This document shows positions 26,172 through 38,577 of a stretch of DNA of 64,000 bases, one piece after another. The stretch is from Octopus bimaculoides. Lineage: Eukaryota. The notes under the pieces were generated by a model that made no database searches, had not been told where the DNA came from, and saw nothing but the letters and a program-made list of their open reading frames with translations. The DNA is taken from positions 36,006,360 to 36,070,359 of the forward strand of contig NC_068982.1 of the NCBI RefSeq assembly GCF_001194135.2. Direction: 5' to 3'. The translations under genes and the position numbers were made by a program. Positions within the stretch are counted from its first letter, which is position 1; every line of letters begins with the position of its first letter.

Positions 26172-27771
26172 CACGATGGAAGTAAATAGTCACTCCATAA
26201 AAACATTGTTCTATGTTTATTCTAACTTGTAAAGTTGTATATTTTTTTATTAATTGACATTTTTATGCTTCAGATTCTATATGTAACTGTTTAATCATGC
26301 CATGTACAAAAGAAGCCTTGGAACTGCCTGAATTTCAAAGAGGCTGTATTGTGGGTCATTCTGAAGGTGGACATAGTCAGTGTAAAATCACAGAAAACAT
26401 TGGGATCCTGCTTTTTACAGTTAATTGAGTGATTGTGCAATTCACCAGAGATGGGGAGGAGCCTATATCACCTCACTCAGACCAACTAGGGCCTTCTGAC
26501 AGGAGGATAATCCTCACTGCAAGGCCTCTGACATAACAGAACAAGCTGATGTCAGTCCCAGAACAGCTGTCAGGTATCTCCACAAACTATAGCAGAGCAG
26601 CAAGATGGAAGCCACTTCTTTGATCAGTCAACATCAAGTGGAGAAAAGACTGGGCCAATGAGATGGTGGAGAGGCCACTAGCATTTTGGGACACTGTCAC
26701 ATTCTTTGATGAGTCCAGATTTGCTGTATTTCCTGACAGTGGTTGAGTGTGGGTCTGGAGACTCTGCGATAAAGAATTTGATGTGAAAAGATTGCAGCCA
26801 ACAATGAAACAAGGCACCTATTCTGTGATGGTCTGGAGAGCAATTTGGAGCAATGGTTGATCAGAGCTGGTGGAATGTGAGGGAAACACAAACTCAGATA
26901 AATATGTGTCCATATTGCAGAAAGGACTCCTTCGAATCTTCTCCAGTGTTGAAATGATTAAAGAAGACTCTTTATGGAAGATGGAGCTCCTTATCACATG
27001 GTTAAAATGACCCAAGACTTGTTGGATGAGAATGGCATTAAAAAACTTCCATGGCCAAGCCGGTCACCAGATATGAACCCTATTGAACACGTCTGGGACA
27101 TAATGGACAGGTTGTTGTTGGCACTCCATCGCTTACGACGACGAGGGTTCCAGTTGATCCGATCAACGGAACAGCCTGCTCATAAAATTAACGTGCAAGT
27201 GGCTGAGCATTCCACAGACACGTGTACCCTTAACGTAGTTCTCGGGGATATTCAGCGTAACACAGTGTGACAAGGCTGGCCCTTTGAATTACAGGTACAA
27301 CAGAAACAGGAAGTAAGAGTGAGAGAAAGTTGTGGTGAAAGAGTACAGCAGGGTTCGCCACCATCCCCTGCTGGAGCCTCGTGGAGCTTTAGGTGTTTTT
27401 GCTCAATAAACACTCACAACGCCCGTTCTGGGAATCGAAACCGCAATCCTATGACCGCGAGTCCGCTGCCCTAACCACTGGGCCATTGCACCTCCAATAA
27501 TGGACAGGACATTTCATAAAAAGAACAAGAAAGTATCTTCAAAGCCAGATCTTTTGAGATTACTGCATGAAACTTGGCAAGAAATTTCGCAAAAGAATAT
27601 TCATCTGATCAGTAACATACCTATTAGGGTCCTTGCACTGAAAAATGCAAAGAGCATGTCTACTGAAAATTAAATATTCCCATTATAACAATTAATAAAT
27701 AATATGAATGTATAATTTCAGATTTAAATAAATTTTCATGATTATAAAGATGTCTATTTACTTGTCATGTG
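26172..27771 (+). mobile_element. Degenerate Tc1 (DD34E) transposon interrupted by a SINE
   Basis: ATG 26297 [20 protein letters not shown]...; FFDESRF, VMVWRAI, EDGAPYH...WPSRSPDMNPIEHVWD (34 residues between D and E); C-terminus resumes after 27508 to stop 27673; weak TIRs sharing aagtaaatag. Confidence 0.85.
27112..27496 (-). mobile_element. Full-length tRNA-derived SINE with 12-bp TSD
   Basis: TSD ataatggacagg at 27100-27111 and 27497-27508; minus-strand A-box tggcccagtgg and B-box ggtttcgattcc; (CAA)n tail. Confidence 0.9.
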
Positions 27772-29710
27772 TGTGTGTATATACATATATATATATATAT
27801 ATCATCATCATTTAACGTCTGTGTTTCATGCTAGCATGGCTGGGATGGTATCGCAAGAGCCAGACAGGCCATAGTCTGAATCAGACTTCTGTGACTGTTT
27901 TGGCAGGATTTTTACAGCTGGATGCCCTTCCTAACACCAACTATTCAGCAGAGTGGACTTAGTGCTTTTTATGTGGCACAAGCACAAGTGAGGTGAGTAG
28001 TGCTTTTTATGTGGCACAAGCACAGGCAAGGTCAGTTTTGGCAAGGTTTTTATAGTTGGATGCCCTTCCGAACACCAACCACTTTACAGTGTGGACTGGG
28101 TGCTTTTAAGTGGCACCTGCACTGACAGGATCACCAAATACTTGCAAGACAAAAACTTTTAAGAGGGAAGGGGGCATTGGAGGAAGTGATGATGAAACGG
28201 TTATAGTGAAACAGATATAGGTGTCTTGCTGAAAAGGAAGTACAAGGTTACCCAGCCGGAGAGAGAAAGATCAGAGATGTGTGCTACCACAAAGAAAATA
28301 CATAGTTGCCCAGCCTGAAGGAAGTGCAGGAGAAGGAGAAAGAGAGTGGGAGACCACAGGATGGAGATGGTGGCAAAATGCCGGGCATCCTCACAAGGAA
28401 CAGGGATCAGAGTATAAATGAGATGGTTGAGTAAAGGAAGATATCATCATCATCATCGTTTAACGTCCGCTTTCCATGCTAGCATGAGTTAGACGATTTG
28501 ACTGAGGACTGGTGAAACCGGATGGCAACACCAGGCTCCAATCTAAATTTGGCAGAGTTTCTACAGCTGGATGCCCTTCCTAACGCCATATATATATATA
28601 ATAGACTTCTTTTAGTTTCTGTTTACTGAATTCACTCACAAGTCTTTGGTCAACCTGGGACTATAGTAGAAGACATTTACCCAAAGTGCCGCACAGTGAA
28701 ACTGAACCTGGAACCATGTGGTTGGAAAATAAGCTTCTTACCACATAGCCATACCTGCTGACAATTTTCAAGAAAGGCAAATGCATATTGGAGGTAAAGG
28801 ATATAAAATTACACTAATTAATGATGCAAAATCATGCAACGTTTATCATACACAAATTCTTCAATACATATTTTAAGGATTAAATGGCCTGTATGAAAAG
28901 GGCATGTCATTGAGTAGAACCCTCATAATAATAGAGTGGTCTTCTAATACATTAACCATTCTGACTTTGTTGTCAATGATAATTAGAAACCAGAAAAGGT
29001 TACACTGCACAAGATGCTAAGAATAGATGTTAAATGCACAATTCAAATATTAAGAAAAGTCATCCATAGCCTTTAGGCAATATGATATGCACTAATTTGG
29101 AATTTCTGTGACAGATAATTATGTCCTCCCTATACTATTTTCCTTGTGCCCAAAATAGACTCATGCAGCAAAGCTATCTCTGAAAATATATAATTAAGTA
29201 ATAAATAATAAAACTATGAAAAATGGATGTGTTTACTGTCACAACACATGCAAGAAAAACATGGGACAAGCACTGGCAATAATAATTTTCAGAGATCAAT
29301 TAAATTGCATATTACCAGCTCACAAACCTGCTCTTCTCAATGAATGGTACAAAGTAGTCAGAAAGTATGAAACAAGAAAAAGAAAAATAAGAAAGATAGA
29401 AAGCTTATGAATGTAAGGAAGTTAAACTAATGTCTCTATTAAAGTTGGGGACTCATTCTTCAACTCCATCTTTGTCTAAGGAAAGAATTTAACAGAACAG
29501 GAAAAAAGACTCCATCTGCTATCAGAATTAATAGTAAAGGAAAGGACTTAAAAGTTGTATTGTCCTTCACTAGATGCATTCTTAACAGAGATAAGTAACT
29601 GGTTAGAAATTGAGTTGAATGATGACAAAGATGATATCAAATCAGAGAGTAAGATTGAGAAAGATAATTAAAAACATATAGCACACCAAATAAAGCATTC
29701 AGCACATTAA

Positions 29711-29931
29711 CCCTTTATTATTTAAACCAGCCATATCCAGCCCAAATATGCTACTTGTTTTATGTTCTAACCAGCCAGATCCAGCCAATCACACCTACCC
29801 TTCAATGCCATTCTAAAAATATACAATCATATCATCAAAATTTCATAGCTGTGAGATAATGCGTAATTAATTCAAAACAATGTGAATGAAAAGAACATTA
29901 TATTTGACAGAATGATCCAAATGCTAAAGGG
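29711..29931 (-). mobile_element. TTAA-flanked piggyBac-type MITE, best-preserved copy
   Basis: ttaa|ccctttatt ... aatgctaaaggg|ttaa: CCC...GGG termini with TTAA on both sides. Confidence 0.8.
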
Positions 29932-30315
29932 TTAATATTATCAGAGTATCCCTAACTAATACAGAAAATATGTTACAAATTATTCTTCAGAAAGAACTCT
30001 GTATGGTTTGAAATCTATCAATTAAGTTGAAGGATTTTGTTCCATATGAAAGGCAAGTGTATAATACAAGTACTTAAAGCATGCCTAGGACATTAGTTGT
30101 ATGTCATAGATATACAAAAAAGAAACAAATAAACAAAAACTTTATAAAAAAAAAGATAAAAGGGTTTATCAATGTCATGTAAATGGAACAAACACTTTTG
30201 CTATGATGACTGAGGTTCCAACTAGTACTTCACAGCCACAGTCATTTCAAATAAAATGAAACTAGAACCGAGAGACTATGTTAGCCTTATTCAAAAGATA
30301 TTTCAAACAACATAC

Positions 30316-30388
30316 GTCTAAATGCTGCTTCAGGAATGCGTTTCCCTTCAGCTGGTCTATGAATTTGTTTTTCCTGATGACTGTCAAA
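30316..30388 (-). CDS. MAN1B1: MAN1B1 exon 4 (FDSHQEKQIHRPAEGKRIPEAAFR), stem
   Basis: Long pyrimidine tract + gtag acceptor, C|gtatgt donor; 73 nt, supplies the phase 0-to-1 shift needed to join exon 5. Confidence 0.85.
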
Positions 30389-30510
30389 CTACAAAAGAAA
30401 ACAGAGAGAAACAAAATTAGGAAAAGATGTAAAGATCTTACTGTAAAACATTAATAATGAAAAAAGACAAAATATATTAGGAATGATACTAAAAGAAGGC
30501 AAACTATTAC

Positions 30511-30585
30511 CTTAAGAGGTACTTCAGGTGGCTGTAACACAATCTGTTCACCTCCTCTTTGAATAGGCATTTGTTGTTGAGCTCT
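30511..30585 (-). CDS. MAN1B1: MAN1B1 exon 3 (RAQQQMPIQRGGEQIVLQPPEVPLK), stem
   Basis: ttttacag acceptor, AAG|gtaata donor, 75 nt, phase 0-0; resembles human KTQRHIQRGPPHLQIRPP. Confidence 0.85.
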
Positions 30586-32404
30586 CTGTAAAAATAAAAC
30601 TTTTATTTTTTAGAATATCTATATTATACCAATTCTTCCAATACACAAAACCACACACACACCATTGATACTTATTCTTCTCTACAATGATCTACTCATT
30701 GCTACTTCAAATGAAACATACTCCTACACAGACAATGCCATACTTCACTTATGCTTAACCCATCATAAAGAGTCTCAACTATAGTCAAACTGGACATCTC
30801 AATCCAGATTTGAATGAATTCCATGTAAAAATGCTTTGTAAACTTTTTGCAATAAGGCCATCACAACTTAATGTTATTGACAACATCAAGGAACAATAAA
30901 CTTCGTACATGAACAACAGAGTTAAAGTCTCCACTCCTGTAATCTCCTAATATAATAATGAGCATAGTGTTTTTATATATTTGTATGTATGTATATATTT
31001 GTCCAGAATCATGCTGGACACAGGGGAGGAGAGGAAATAGTAACTCAGTGAAGGAGAAGTAGTGAGAGTAATAGCCCTGACTGGGAGGGAGTGAGAGAAA
31101 ATAAAAGCAATGAGAGAAAGGAAGGGGTGATAGATGAATAAGGAAGGAAAGGGCGAAAACAAAAAAAATCAGCATTTCACCTCTGTGTGAGTGACTGTGT
31201 ATGTGTGTGCATGTACTAGGGAAGTATGTGAATGTTTGTATGTGTGATTATTATGTACCTTATTTATATATAAAATACTACAATTAGCTGTTATTATTGA
31301 CAGCATGTGGCCAGCTAGTAAATATTAGATCTCACAATTTCAGATCATTTATAGGATTCATAAAAACCTCAAGTCTACAGCATTATTCAAATGGATCTCA
31401 AAGGCTAGATTCTCACTTTTAAGCTAAAAGATACTTCAGTTATGAATAGTTGTTGATTATACCAAGCACAAATGCAACTTGTATGAGATTAATATACATA
31501 TATGAGATGTAAAGCTACTATTCACACACAATTTAGACTGCATCCTGGAAAAGGTTATCGAGCAGATTGGTTAAGATACTTTCTCCAACACATATGATGA
31601 TCATACCAACACTGTATTCTCCCTGTTTTGTCTATAATGGTTCCTGTTCTGCTAAATAAGTAAGATATGAACAATTCTGTCCAAATGTACTGGATCTACC
31701 AATCTCCCCTTCTCTTGTTATCATTGCTACCTTATCACTCAAACTCCAAACTAAGCACCAGTTCAATGATTCCTCCCCAAAACTACAATTCTGTCAAACT
31801 TATTCTTTGTCCAAATTTCCCCTTCAAGTATTAATATGAATAAGTTCAAGCAGAACGTCAGTAATAGTTATAGACATTGTCCATCTTCCTGGGAATACAT
31901 TCAAAATAATCAATGGAGATAGAAAGTAAAATTTCCTCAAAATGTTCAAGATTATCAGGGAATTATTTAGTGAAGAACATTACTACAAGATTAAAGACAA
32001 GCTTTAGGTGTTATTCATAATTATTATAATTACTACCTGAATAGACATGTGATCTACTGTGAGCAGTTGTATTGCCACCAACCAGGCGGGAAAGCAAAAA
32101 CAAAGATCAGGAGATAGAAATAAGAGGATCTCTTTTAATGATTTGTAGAAAGCCTTCCAGCAAGCCTTCAGTCATGTCTAGCAAATGAATCTATCAAAGT
32201 TGTCCATTTTACACCAGTGTGGTGTGTGCTAATGGACTCTCACAAAACCAGTGTGCCTCAAAGTCTGATTTTGTCCTTTACATTCTTCTTCCAATGCATT
32301 AACAACCTACTTCCTGTCACTCTTCATTCTTCCTTAACTTCCTAGCTAGTATCATCCACATAACTAGAAAAAAATAAGAGAGAGAGAGAAGGAAAAATAC
32401 TTAC

Positions 32405-32647
32405 CTGTATCTCATTAACCTGTTGCTTTGCCTTGTTTTGTTCTTCTAATTCATTCAGCAGTTTAGAACGCAACATTTTGCTTTGGGATTGGAAGAATGA
32501 CTGCTTCTTCTTCAGTAATTCATTCATTTCTTTGTTTTTGGTTCTTTCAAGTTGGATAACAGGAATTATATACAGTGCTGACAAGACACCCAGTAGCAGC
32601 ACCAGTACAATGACACTGCGCTGCATTTGCGAAAGGCGCTTCCACAT
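32405..32647 (-). CDS. MAN1B1: MAN1B1 exon 2: end of tail, transmembrane anchor, start of stem
   Basis: ctacag|ATGTGG acceptor, CAG|gtaagt donor; MWKRLSQMQRSVIVLVLLLGVLSALYII matches human KWKQLSRLQRNMILFLL; 243 nt, phase 0-0. Confidence 0.93.
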
Positions 32648-32994
32648 CTGTAGGTGAAGAAATAAAAATCAGATCATAACAAGAATACAAATTGGCAAAA
32701 AATAATGCTCAGTTAACAGTCAGATAATTGATATCCTTGAATATACCTGTAATGTTCTGTACATCATTACAAGTTTTTTTAATTATTTTTTCATTCAACA
32801 AGATGGTTAGATAAAATCCACAGTCTAGGTTGGTTACATTTGGGAATCCAATGATAGTTGCCGCTGATAGGAGCCTGTGGAGGAGGTGCCTGAAGGGTCT
32901 ATCTCCATGATCCTCCCAGGAATAGCAAGCAGAGAAAATGGATGAATGGACCATTACATGTTTTTAGACATACTTGAAGACTGAAGGCAAAATA

Positions 32995-33378
32995 AATCAT
33001 CATCATCATTGTCCTTTAACGTCCGTTTTTCTATGCTGGCATGGGTTGGATGGTTTGACGGGAACTGGCAAGCCAGAGAGCTGCACCAGGTTCCTGTCTG
33101 ATTTGGCTTGGCTTCTACAGCCACCAGCATGAGCGCTTTCAGCACAGGACTCTTGCAGGCCAATCCTCTTTACCAGGGGATGTGATATGAACACTTCTGC
33201 TATGGATGACAGCAAGGTGCCAAGTATCTTAGCCCTTTGTCATCTCATCTGAAGGTTCAGCATTCTGAGGGCATCCTTCAGTACTTTGTCCCATGTCTTC
33301 TTGGGTCTCCATCTTCCATGAGTTCCATCCACTTTGAGTGAACGACACTGCTTTATGGAGCTGTCAGCATCCATCTGT
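32995..33378 (-). mobile_element. 5'-truncated RTE LINE 3' end
   Basis: RMDADSSIKQCRSLKVDGTHGRWRPKKTWDKVLKDALRMLNL followed by the ...gcatagaaaaacggacgttaaagg..atgatgatg tail. Confidence 0.7.
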
Positions 33379-33422
<44 letters not shown>

Positions 33423-33553
33423 ATATAATATAATATAGGATAAAATCTTTATAAGAATTTATCAAGTAGTCAGCATGAAAAAACCCATCTTTTTTTCTGT
33501 AAATATATATAATTTATATAAGGGCGGCATTATTATATAGTAATGCCCTTATA

Positions 33554-34085
33554 NNNNNNNNNNNNNNNNNNNNNNNNNNNNNNNNNNNNNNNNNNNNNNN
33601 NNNNNNNNNNNNNNNNNNNNNNNNNNNNNNNNNNNNNNNNNNNNNNNNNNNNNNNNNNNNNNNNNNNNNNNNNNNNNNNNNNNNNNNNNNNNNNNNNNNN
33701 NNNNNNNNNNNNNNNNNNNNNNNNNNNNNNNNNNNNNNNNNNNNNNNNNNNNNNNNNNNNNNNNNNNNNNNNNNNNNNNNNNNNNNNNNNNNNNNNNNNN
33801 NNNNNNNNNNNNNNNNNNNNNNNNNNNNNNNNNNNNNNNNNNNNNNNNNNNNNNNNNNNNNNNNNNNNNNNNNNNNNNNNNNNNNNNNNNNNNNNNNNNN
33901 NNNNNNNNNNNNNNNNNNNNNNNNNNNNNNNNNNNNNNNNNNNNNNNNNNNNNNNNNNNNNNNNNNNNNNNNNNNNNNNNNNNNNNNNNNNNNNNNNNNN
34001 NNNNNNNNNNNNNNNNNNNNNNNNNNNNNNNNNNNNNNNNNNNNNNNNNNNNNNNNNNNNNNNNNNNNNNNNNNNNNNNNNNNNN
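33554..34085. other. Assembly gap (N run); others at 35141-35394, 45023-45651, 61993-62774
   Basis: Runs of N; the long X-rich ORFs in the track are artefacts of these gaps. Confidence 1.
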
Positions 34086-34089
34086 AAAC

Positions 34090-35726
34090 ACAGGGAGTGA
34101 TGGGTAAATTGTCACCATTTCATATTTTTAATTTCGTGCATGCGCATCGTTTGTTTTTGATTTTGTCAACTACACAGTATAGTAGGGTGAGTTGGACACC
34201 ATCTGTGAGAAAAACAGCATCATGACGCAATTCACTCTGCCAGAAATTTGGAAATGACATGCCGTACTGCTTGGCATTCGCACTGGAAGCTCCAATACAA
34301 ACATTTCAGAGTGTTTAGGTGCCATTCTGAGGACACATGCCGAGAGTGATAAAAATCAAACATTCAGCCAACATCATGGTGTTTGGAGTGATTACTAGTG
34401 ACAGTGATGTAACGCCTCCATTGATCTTCCCACGCGGCCTCAGACTCAACACGGAGGCCTACATCAAGTGCCTAGAAGAGGTAGTGCTGCTCTGGGTTAA
34501 GAAGGTGGCTGCTGGAAGACCCTACGTCTGGCAAAAGGACTCTGCACCATGCCACACAAGCAAGAGAATCCAGTCATGGCAGTCAGACAATTTCTGTGAT
34601 CACATACCCACTAACTCCCCACACTGCAAACCCCTTAATTATTATGTGTGGTTCACAGCTGAGCAAGAGACCAACAAAACTCCTTATAACACCAAGATGA
34701 ACTGAAGGGAAGGATTATGACAGCATTCACCAACTTAAACAAGAAGGCCATCCAGAAGAGTTGCAGGAGATTCCAAAGTTGTCTGGAGGTTGTAGCTGAA
34801 GCCAATGGCAATTTTATTGAATAAATTTACTCGGATCTAGTTCAAAACGGGGGCGCCAGTATTTTCTTAACGAAACACTTTGAAACTTGGGACACTGGTA
34901 GAATGTGTCATATAAAACATCTTTTTCTCTTAGTCTTCTTAAGAAAAATTATTATATTGCAACTTATTTCATGTTAAAGTTGTTGTATTTCTGTAATTTC
35001 AACCAATGACTGACGTCCATTCAGCCGAATGCAGTAAGTGCTGACTACATAAACAAACGATTCTCAAACGATTCTGGCGGTGATAAAATTATTATTTCCT
35101 TGTCAAAAAGTGGCTGAAGAATATTGGCAATAGCTAATAANNNNNNNNNNNNNNNNNNNNNNNNNNNNNNNNNNNNNNNNNNNNNNNNNNNNNNNNNNNN
35201 NNNNNNNNNNNNNNNNNNNNNNNNNNNNNNNNNNNNNNNNNNNNNNNNNNNNNNNNNNNNNNNNNNNNNNNNNNNNNNNNNNNNNNNNNNNNNNNNNNNN
35301 NNNNNNNNNNNNNNNNNNNNNNNNNNNNNNNNNNNNNNNNNNNNNNNNNNNNNNNNNNNNNNNNNNNNNNNNNNNNNNNNNNNNNNNNNNNNNNGTAACT
35401 GTAAACAGCTGAATACTTGTCAGTGATTGGTTGAAATTATTGAAATAAGACAATTTTTTACATGAAATAACTTCGAATACAAAACTTTTTTTCTGTTCTA
35501 TAACACAAAATAGATAAGTATACAAAGTTTGAAAGTCTTTCGGTACCAAAAACACTACATAAAACATAAATGAAAACTGGTGCCCCCGTTTTGAACTAGA
35601 TCCATTTACTCTTTAGTATTTCAAGATATTTTTATGTAATTTTGGTAAATATATCTGTTAAAATGAGATGTCAGTATTATTTTCATTTTTGTGTAATTTA
35701 GACGACAGTTTATTCACTGCACCCTG
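34090..35726 (+). mobile_element. Degenerate maT/DD37D-like Tc1-mariner element interrupted just after its stop codon
   Basis: IMVFGVITSD...GLRLNTEAY...AGRPYVWQKDSAPCHTSKR...NSP.C.PLNYYVW; frameshifted C-terminus ...EANGNFIE-stop (34824); remaining 3' end after 35611 terminates caccctg|ta. Confidence 0.8.
34833..35603. mobile_element. Non-autonomous DNA transposon with 28-bp TIRs and 8-bp TSD (Merlin-like)
   Basis: TIR ggatctagttcaaaacgggggcgccagt (34833-34860) vs actggtgcccccgttttgaactagatcc (35576-35603), 27/28 identical; TSD atttactc at 34825-34832 and 35604-35611; interior includes an N-gap. Confidence 0.85.
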
Positions 35727-37105
35727 TATATATATTTGTATATGCACACACACATTTATAGATACATACTTAGTGGTTAGACTGTTGCACTCACAATCAC
35801 TATTTCATGGGTTTGATTCCCAAAGTAGGTGGTGTGTTGCGTTCTTCAGCAAAACACTGAAAAGCACATTGTGACCAGTGAGGTGTAACATCTGATAGTC
35901 TGATCAGTCACATGAAAATATGATAATTTTATATATATATATACACACACACACAGGTACAGGCATGGCTGTGTGGTAAGAAGCTTGCTTCCCAACCACA
36001 TGGTTCTGGGTTCAGTCCCAATGCATGGCATTCTGGGCAAGTGTCTTCTACTATAGTCTCTGGCCGACCAAACTCTTGTGAGTAGATTTGGTAGATGGAA
36101 ACTGAAAGAAGCTCTTTGTATATATATATATATATATATACATATATTTATTCACATGTGTGTGTATCTTTGTGGCTGTGTTTGCTTCTCCCCCCGCCAC
36201 CATTGCTTAACAACAGATGTTAGTGTTTACATCCCCATAACTTAGTGGTTTGGAAAAGAGACTGATAGAATAAGTAAGTACAAGGCTTACAAAGAATAAC
36301 TAAAACCATTTAAGGTGGTGCTGCAGCATGGCTGCAGCCAAATGACTGAAACATGTAAAAGAATAAACACACACTCACACATATCATCATCAATCAGTTG
36401 GATGACTTGCCTGGACTAATAAGTCATATTGGTTTTTTGATAGCTGAATGTCTCATCTGTGGACATGACAGCAGTAGTTTGCAAACAGAAATGATTGATT
36501 CTCCTGGTCACTGACAGTCTGTTGACTGTTCATCTGCTCACCATCTACTGACATTTGCCATTTATTCAATAAGCTCATCTGCTGAAATAGTTTACATCCA
36601 TCATACTGATTCCCATGATTTCAATGTAACCCTGTCTCGGGTGGTTAGCAAGTGCTTAACCTTGTCAAGGGGCTCCCCATGATTTGCTAACCTCTAATTA
36701 ACCCAAAGCTGAGATCCTGAAAGGTGCTACTACTCTAGGTCAGAGTAGACCTAGGAACAATAGCAGCTAAGAGGTGGTTCTGCATTCCTCAAAACTTTGG
36801 AACTCCTGAACCAGGGACCCACTAATGGATGCGGGTCATACTCAGAACTTAATACACAGATATATATATATAAAAAGACCCTCTTTGGTCATGAATGGCC
36901 ATGGGACTGCACCTAGAAACCTCCCCTCTGAGGCACAAGTCCGGGCAAGGTTGTTTATGGAAAACTAGCAGTTACCCATGCATACCAACCTTCCCTTAAG
37001 TTATAGACTAGTTTCATCAAGTTAAAAAGTAAAAGAAATACAAGATTATTTTTAACTTATAACTGTTGTCATATGAATATGTGTGAATGTAGTAAATGTT
37101 CAATA

Positions 37106-38577
37106 CAGTGATACCTTGCAGTACGAGTTTAACTTATTCCATGACCGAGCTTGTTTTACGATTTACTTGTTTTACAAATCAATTTTCCCCATTGAAATTA
37201 AAATATAACTAATCCATTCCAGCCCAACAAAACCACTTTTTTATAGGCTTTAACACAGAAATGGTGTAGTTTCTAGGAAAATGACAATTGTAAAATCAGA
37301 ATAAAAGAAAATGCAAAAGAAATATGTAAAGTGGTTTTATAAATTTAATTACCTCAAAGATGGGATGATTTGTGTGTGAGGAAGACGATGGGGCAGGGAG
37401 GAGGAGGATTATTGTTTGGAAGGAGAATCTCTTTCCATTATGACTGCAGGAAGAAAGAACAATTTCTGACATTTTCTCTCACACTTTGCTTAATTTAGGC
37501 ATTTTGGACACACTTTCTTCACTTTTCACACTTGCAGGTTGTTTCATTAAAAACATCAAGAGAAGTTTGCTTTTTCCTGCCTTTCAAAATGTTACGAAAA
37601 TGTTCCAGAGCAGTGTCATTAAATAAAGCACAACTTGTAAATATGTTTTCTGGATGATATTTTTCATTCAGAAACATACTGCCACTTTGTCAACACTGCC
37701 TTTATGTCACTCGTAGAGATAGCCTTCTCTGCTACACTGTCCTCCTCCGGAGAACCAATGTTGTCCACCGCATCCGAATGTTGCTGCACCTGAAGCTGCA
37801 GGAGTTTGTGTTGTAAGCTCTTCTGAGTATTCCTTGATGAGATCATTAATGTTCCCTGGACTTGCCAAGAGACACTATCTCCTTGACTACAAGTGTCTCA
37901 CACTCAAACCCTTCAAAGTCCCTTTTGCATATGCAGTCAGACCACAGTTTCCTCCTTGTAGAATTCAGCGTTCTCTTTGTTACACCCTGCTAGGCCATAT
38001 CGATGGTTTTCAGACAGTTAACAACATTGTAGTCTCCACAATCGAATCCCCTGGGAGTTGATCTTCATTGATTCACAGGAGAAGCAATTTTTCCATCTCT
38101 TTGTGGATAGATGTGCGTTGTAACAGCCTTGATCTTGTCCTTTTTCTTCAGGATGGTGCAGATCATTGACATACTTTGGTCATATTGACATGCTATGTCC
38201 ACTACACACACTCCTCTCTCAAGTTTATCAATGATTTCCTTCTTCAATTCTATCATAATCAGCTTTTTCTTTTTCTCAACATTGTCTTTTGCACTAACCT
38301 TCTTGGGACCAATAGCTAACACATTAGCTATTATAAAATAATAGCAAAAAATGCACAGAACTAAAAAAAAACTCTGGGAAAAACACAACAAGATAAACAT
38401 GTGAACTGAGCGATTGGGAGACTGTGTACGAGCTTAGTGTTAACTAGTGGTCACTTGTATGAAACTTGCTTGTAGTGTGGATTTCCAGTCGTACTTCAAG
38501 ACAAAAATATGCATGAGCCTAGGCTCATACAGCAAATTACTCGTACAATGGTGCACTTGTACTGCAAGGTTCTATTG
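37106..38577 (-). mobile_element. Internally deleted Tigger/pogo transposon
   Basis: TA-flanked TIRs cagtgataccttgcagtacgag / cttgtactgcaaggttctattg; N-terminal HTH GPKKVSAK..EKKKKLIMIELKKEIIDKLERGVCVVDIACQYD; C-terminal FRNILKGRKKQTSLDVF; DDD core missing. Confidence 0.88.

Noticed and set aside
27400-27496. tRNA gene suggested by A and B boxes
   Set aside because: It is the head of a SINE with a body, tail and TSD; no complete cloverleaf. The same applies to the other tRNA-like heads.
32645-32647. ATG at the start of exon 2 as the true MAN1B1 start
   Set aside because: It directly follows a splice acceptor (ctacag), and a homologous in-frame upstream exon with a consensus donor exists at 46814-46912.
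33543-34118. Long X-containing ORFs (also 35103-35567, 44928-45695, 61964-62962)
   Set aside because: Artefacts of N-gaps.
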